Positions 62,077 to 64,000 of a DNA stretch of 64,000 nucleotides are shown in pieces; the first letter of the stretch is position 1; every line of letters begins with the position of its first letter. Source of the stretch: an uncultured Candidatus Poseidoniales archaeon. Its GTDB lineage: Archaea > Thermoplasmatota > Poseidoniia > Poseidoniales > Thalassarchaeaceae. The DNA lies in assembly GCA_902560445.1 (NCBI GenBank), contig CACELO010000004.1, forward strand, positions 9,170 through 73,169, read 5' to 3'. The position numbers and the translations under genes are program-made. Below the pieces are notes generated by a model that worked only from the letters and a program-made list of their open reading frames with translations, searched no databases and was not told the DNA's origin.

Positions 62077-64000
62077 ATGGCGTCAATGGCTACTACACGT
62101 CCTGGCGTTCAGGAACGCATTTTACTACATTTAAGGGATTATGTGGATTACTCCGATAAGGTCGAGGTACCCTTTGCAATTTCTCAGATGGGTATTGCAA
62201 ATGCTGTTTCCATCGCTCGTTCGAATGTTCCCCGTGCAATTTCTGGAATGAAAGAGTCTGGACACCTAATTGAGCGACAAGCTCATGTAACGGGAGTGTC
62301 GAGAAAAAGGAAAGCATACTTTCTAACCTCTGAAGGAGTAAGTCTTGCTGACAATATATGGGATAAGGTGTGTGAGCAACCAGTTCGACTAATTCACTCG
62401 GATGGAAGAGCCGAAAATCTGGATCTTAAAACAGCATTGGAACGAACCGAACTGCCTTTAAGACACGTTGATGTTTTGAGATATCTGGATGATTCTGGCA
62501 CTCTTGACTTGTCTACATTATCTCCCGATTTAATCGAAAGGGACCTCTCAAAACATATTGAGAAGCAACTTGTAAATTCACTGAATGATCTACCTAGATT
62601 ACGTCGTTTCTATGGTCGAGACGATGAAATTACCAAAATGGCCAATATCTTGGAATCAGAATCTACAACGCTACTAGTACCAGGAATTGCCGGAATTGGA
62701 AAAACCGCTTTAGCGGCAAAATTACTCGAGCGTTTTACTCATCGAAGAAATCTTCTCTATCACCGGTGTCAAGACTGGGAAGGTTCGAGAGCGTTTCTAG
62801 AGGCTTGTTCGGAATGGCTTGCAATGATTGGAAATAATGACTTGAATGATTATGTTTCCTCAACAGCTGTTCCACAGGTCACAATGGCGGTGAACATCAT
62901 TGTCGAGGGCTTGAAAAATTCCCCTGCCCTAATCGTCATAGATGACTTACACAAGGTAGCAGATGAGAACTTCGTAGCAATTCTTCGAGGCCTTACTCTT
63001 CGTATACCTGAAACTGAGGAATTGGGGTTAGTTATGTTCTCTAGATCATTTAGAATGGTCATTCCGGAAAATGATTCAAGTGGCAATACAGTTGCACATT
63101 TCCTCCCTCTCGAGGGACTGGATCAAGATTCTAGTAGGCAAATACTCACTGCAATGCCAGATATTGATTTGCAACAATTTCTCCATATTTATACCCTATC
63201 AAGAGGGCATCCATTGGTACTTGAATTGATAAATCGAGGCAGTGTTGGTGAAACCTTCCACTCTACCTTAGAGGCTTTTGTTGAAAAGGAAATTTTCAGT
63301 AAATTATCAGGGCCTCAAAAAAGACTTCTAGGGGCAATTGCAGTATTCCGTGAACCAATGCCATTGGCCTCACTTAGCACATTAGACGCCGACCTAGATT
63401 TACTAGATGACCTTGTGGAAAAAGGACTAGCAAGAAGAATAGATTCTGATAATTATGATGTCCACGATTTAGTTAGAGAATTCCTTGTTCGTTCGATGGA
63501 TGATTCATTGAAAGCAGAATTACATAACAATGCTGTAGAATGGTATCGAAAAAGAACTGAAACCGCTGTTGAGAAGATCGAATTCATCTATCATCTAAAT
63601 GAATCTGGAGATATGGATACTCTTGCCGATGTTTTGCAAAGAGATGGTAGAGAGCTGGTTAAGTCCGGTCATATCGAACTCTTAGGCATACTCAGAGGCT
63701 TGGAATCAGATGGTCTTAGCGCTATACAATGGGGTTTGATTAGAGAACTTCGAGGCGATATTCTCTCTATTCAAGGCCGATGGGATGAGGCTGAAGAAGA
63801 ATATGCAGCGGCGATTCCAACTGCAAAGAAACACAAGGAAGCAGAGACACTTGCTCGATTACTCTCAGCTCGAGCTGATATTGCGATAAAACGTGGTGCT
63901 ATGGATGACGCTCTAGAATTACACCGTCAGGCATTAGAAATTCAAATAGCAAAAAGAGATGCAGTTGGTGCATCAAGATCCTACATCAACATGGGATATA
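62077..64000 (+). CDS. wHTH - STAND (NB-ARC/AP-ATPase-like) NTPase - TPR regulator, truncated at the right window edge
   Basis: It is absent from the ORF track because it is open at the edge. My translation from ATG 62077: the N-terminal MarR-like wHTH is FAISQMGIANAVSIARSNVPRAISGMKESGHLIERQ. Walker A is GIAGIGKT (62683-62706). Walker B is ALIVIDDLH. The GxP-type motif is SRGHPLVLELI. The C-terminus has TPR-like repeats (GRWDEAEEEYAAAI..., GAMDDALELHRQALEI). Confidence 0.75.
   Translation, partial: MASMATTRPGVQERILLHLRDYVDYSDKVEVPFAISQMGIANAVSIARSNVPRAISGMKESGHLIERQAHVTGVSRKRKAYFLTSEGVSLADNIWDKVCEQPVRLIHSDGRAENLDLKTALERTELPLRHVDVLRYLDDSGTLDLSTLSPDLIERDLSKHIEKQLVNSLNDLPRLRRFYGRDDEITKMANILESESTTLLVPGIAGIGKTALAAKLLERFTHRRNLLYHRCQDWEGSRAFLEACSEWLAMIGNNDLNDYVSSTAVPQVTMAVNIIVEGLKNSPALIVIDDLHKVADENFVAILRGLTLRIPETEELGLVMFSRSFRMVIPENDSSGNTVAHFLPLEGLDQDSSRQILTAMPDIDLQQFLHIYTLSRGHPLVLELINRGSVGETFHSTLEAFVEKEIFSKLSGPQKRLLGAIAVFREPMPLASLSTLDADLDLLDDLVEKGLARRIDSDNYDVHDLVREFLVRSMDDSLKAELHNNAVEWYRKRTETAVEKIEFIYHLNESGDMDTLADVLQRDGRELVKSGHIELLGILRGLESDGLSAIQWGLIRELRGDILSIQGRWDEAEEEYAAAIPTAKKHKEAETLARLLSARADIAIKRGAMDDALELHRQALEIQIAKRDAVGASRSYINMGY

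Overview
This is an archaeal chromosome segment. Evidence: TFB, AglB/STT3, CDP-archaeol synthase, split GcvP, split GMP synthase, and GGTG-type Shine-Dalgarno sites before many starts. It is moderately AT-rich. By inference only, it fits a marine planktonic euryarchaeote of the MG-II/Poseidoniales type. I support about 36 protein genes, two of them truncated by the window edges, and 3 tRNAs (Ala-TGC, Asn-GTT, Met-CAT), all with encoded CCA. I saw no rRNA, CRISPR array, transposase, integrase or reverse transcriptase. Two themes are interleaved. (1) One-carbon, purine and nucleotide housekeeping genes: gcvT, gcvPA, gcvPB, glyA, purE, GMP synthase subunit B, purD, a thymidine-phosphorylase-family gene, ogt, ppsA, tfb and carS. 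(2) A very high density of large secreted or membrane-anchored surface proteins: two LVIVD proteins; two hyper-acidic thrombospondin-type-3 (TSP3) repeat proteins with PGF-CTERM signals; an M60/enhancin-like metalloprotease; a lamin-tail-domain plus phospholipase-D-like protein; a CD36/scavenger-receptor-B-like protein; a 3178-aa AglB fusion; an S8 protease; and a 1418-aa beta-helix protein. The observations most worth follow-up are: (a) a 928-aa double-anchored protein that carries the ordered signature motifs of the eukaryotic CD36/LIMP-2/SR-B family; (b) an oligosaccharyltransferase fused to an extra polytopic membrane module and a roughly 2100-aa adhesin or S-layer-like ectodomain, sitting in a 15-kb surface-protein island next to a wHTH-STAND-TPR regulator; (c) a translationally coupled operon of an extracellular LTD-PLD-like enzyme, a nucleoside phosphorylase and a membrane acyltransferase-like protein; (d) ppsA lying in a compositionally deviant 2.8-kb segment bracketed by a 17-bp direct repeat of the tRNA-Ala 3' end, the distal copy being a collapsed acceptor-stem minihelix. 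All functional calls come from motif recognition by eye. No searches were run.
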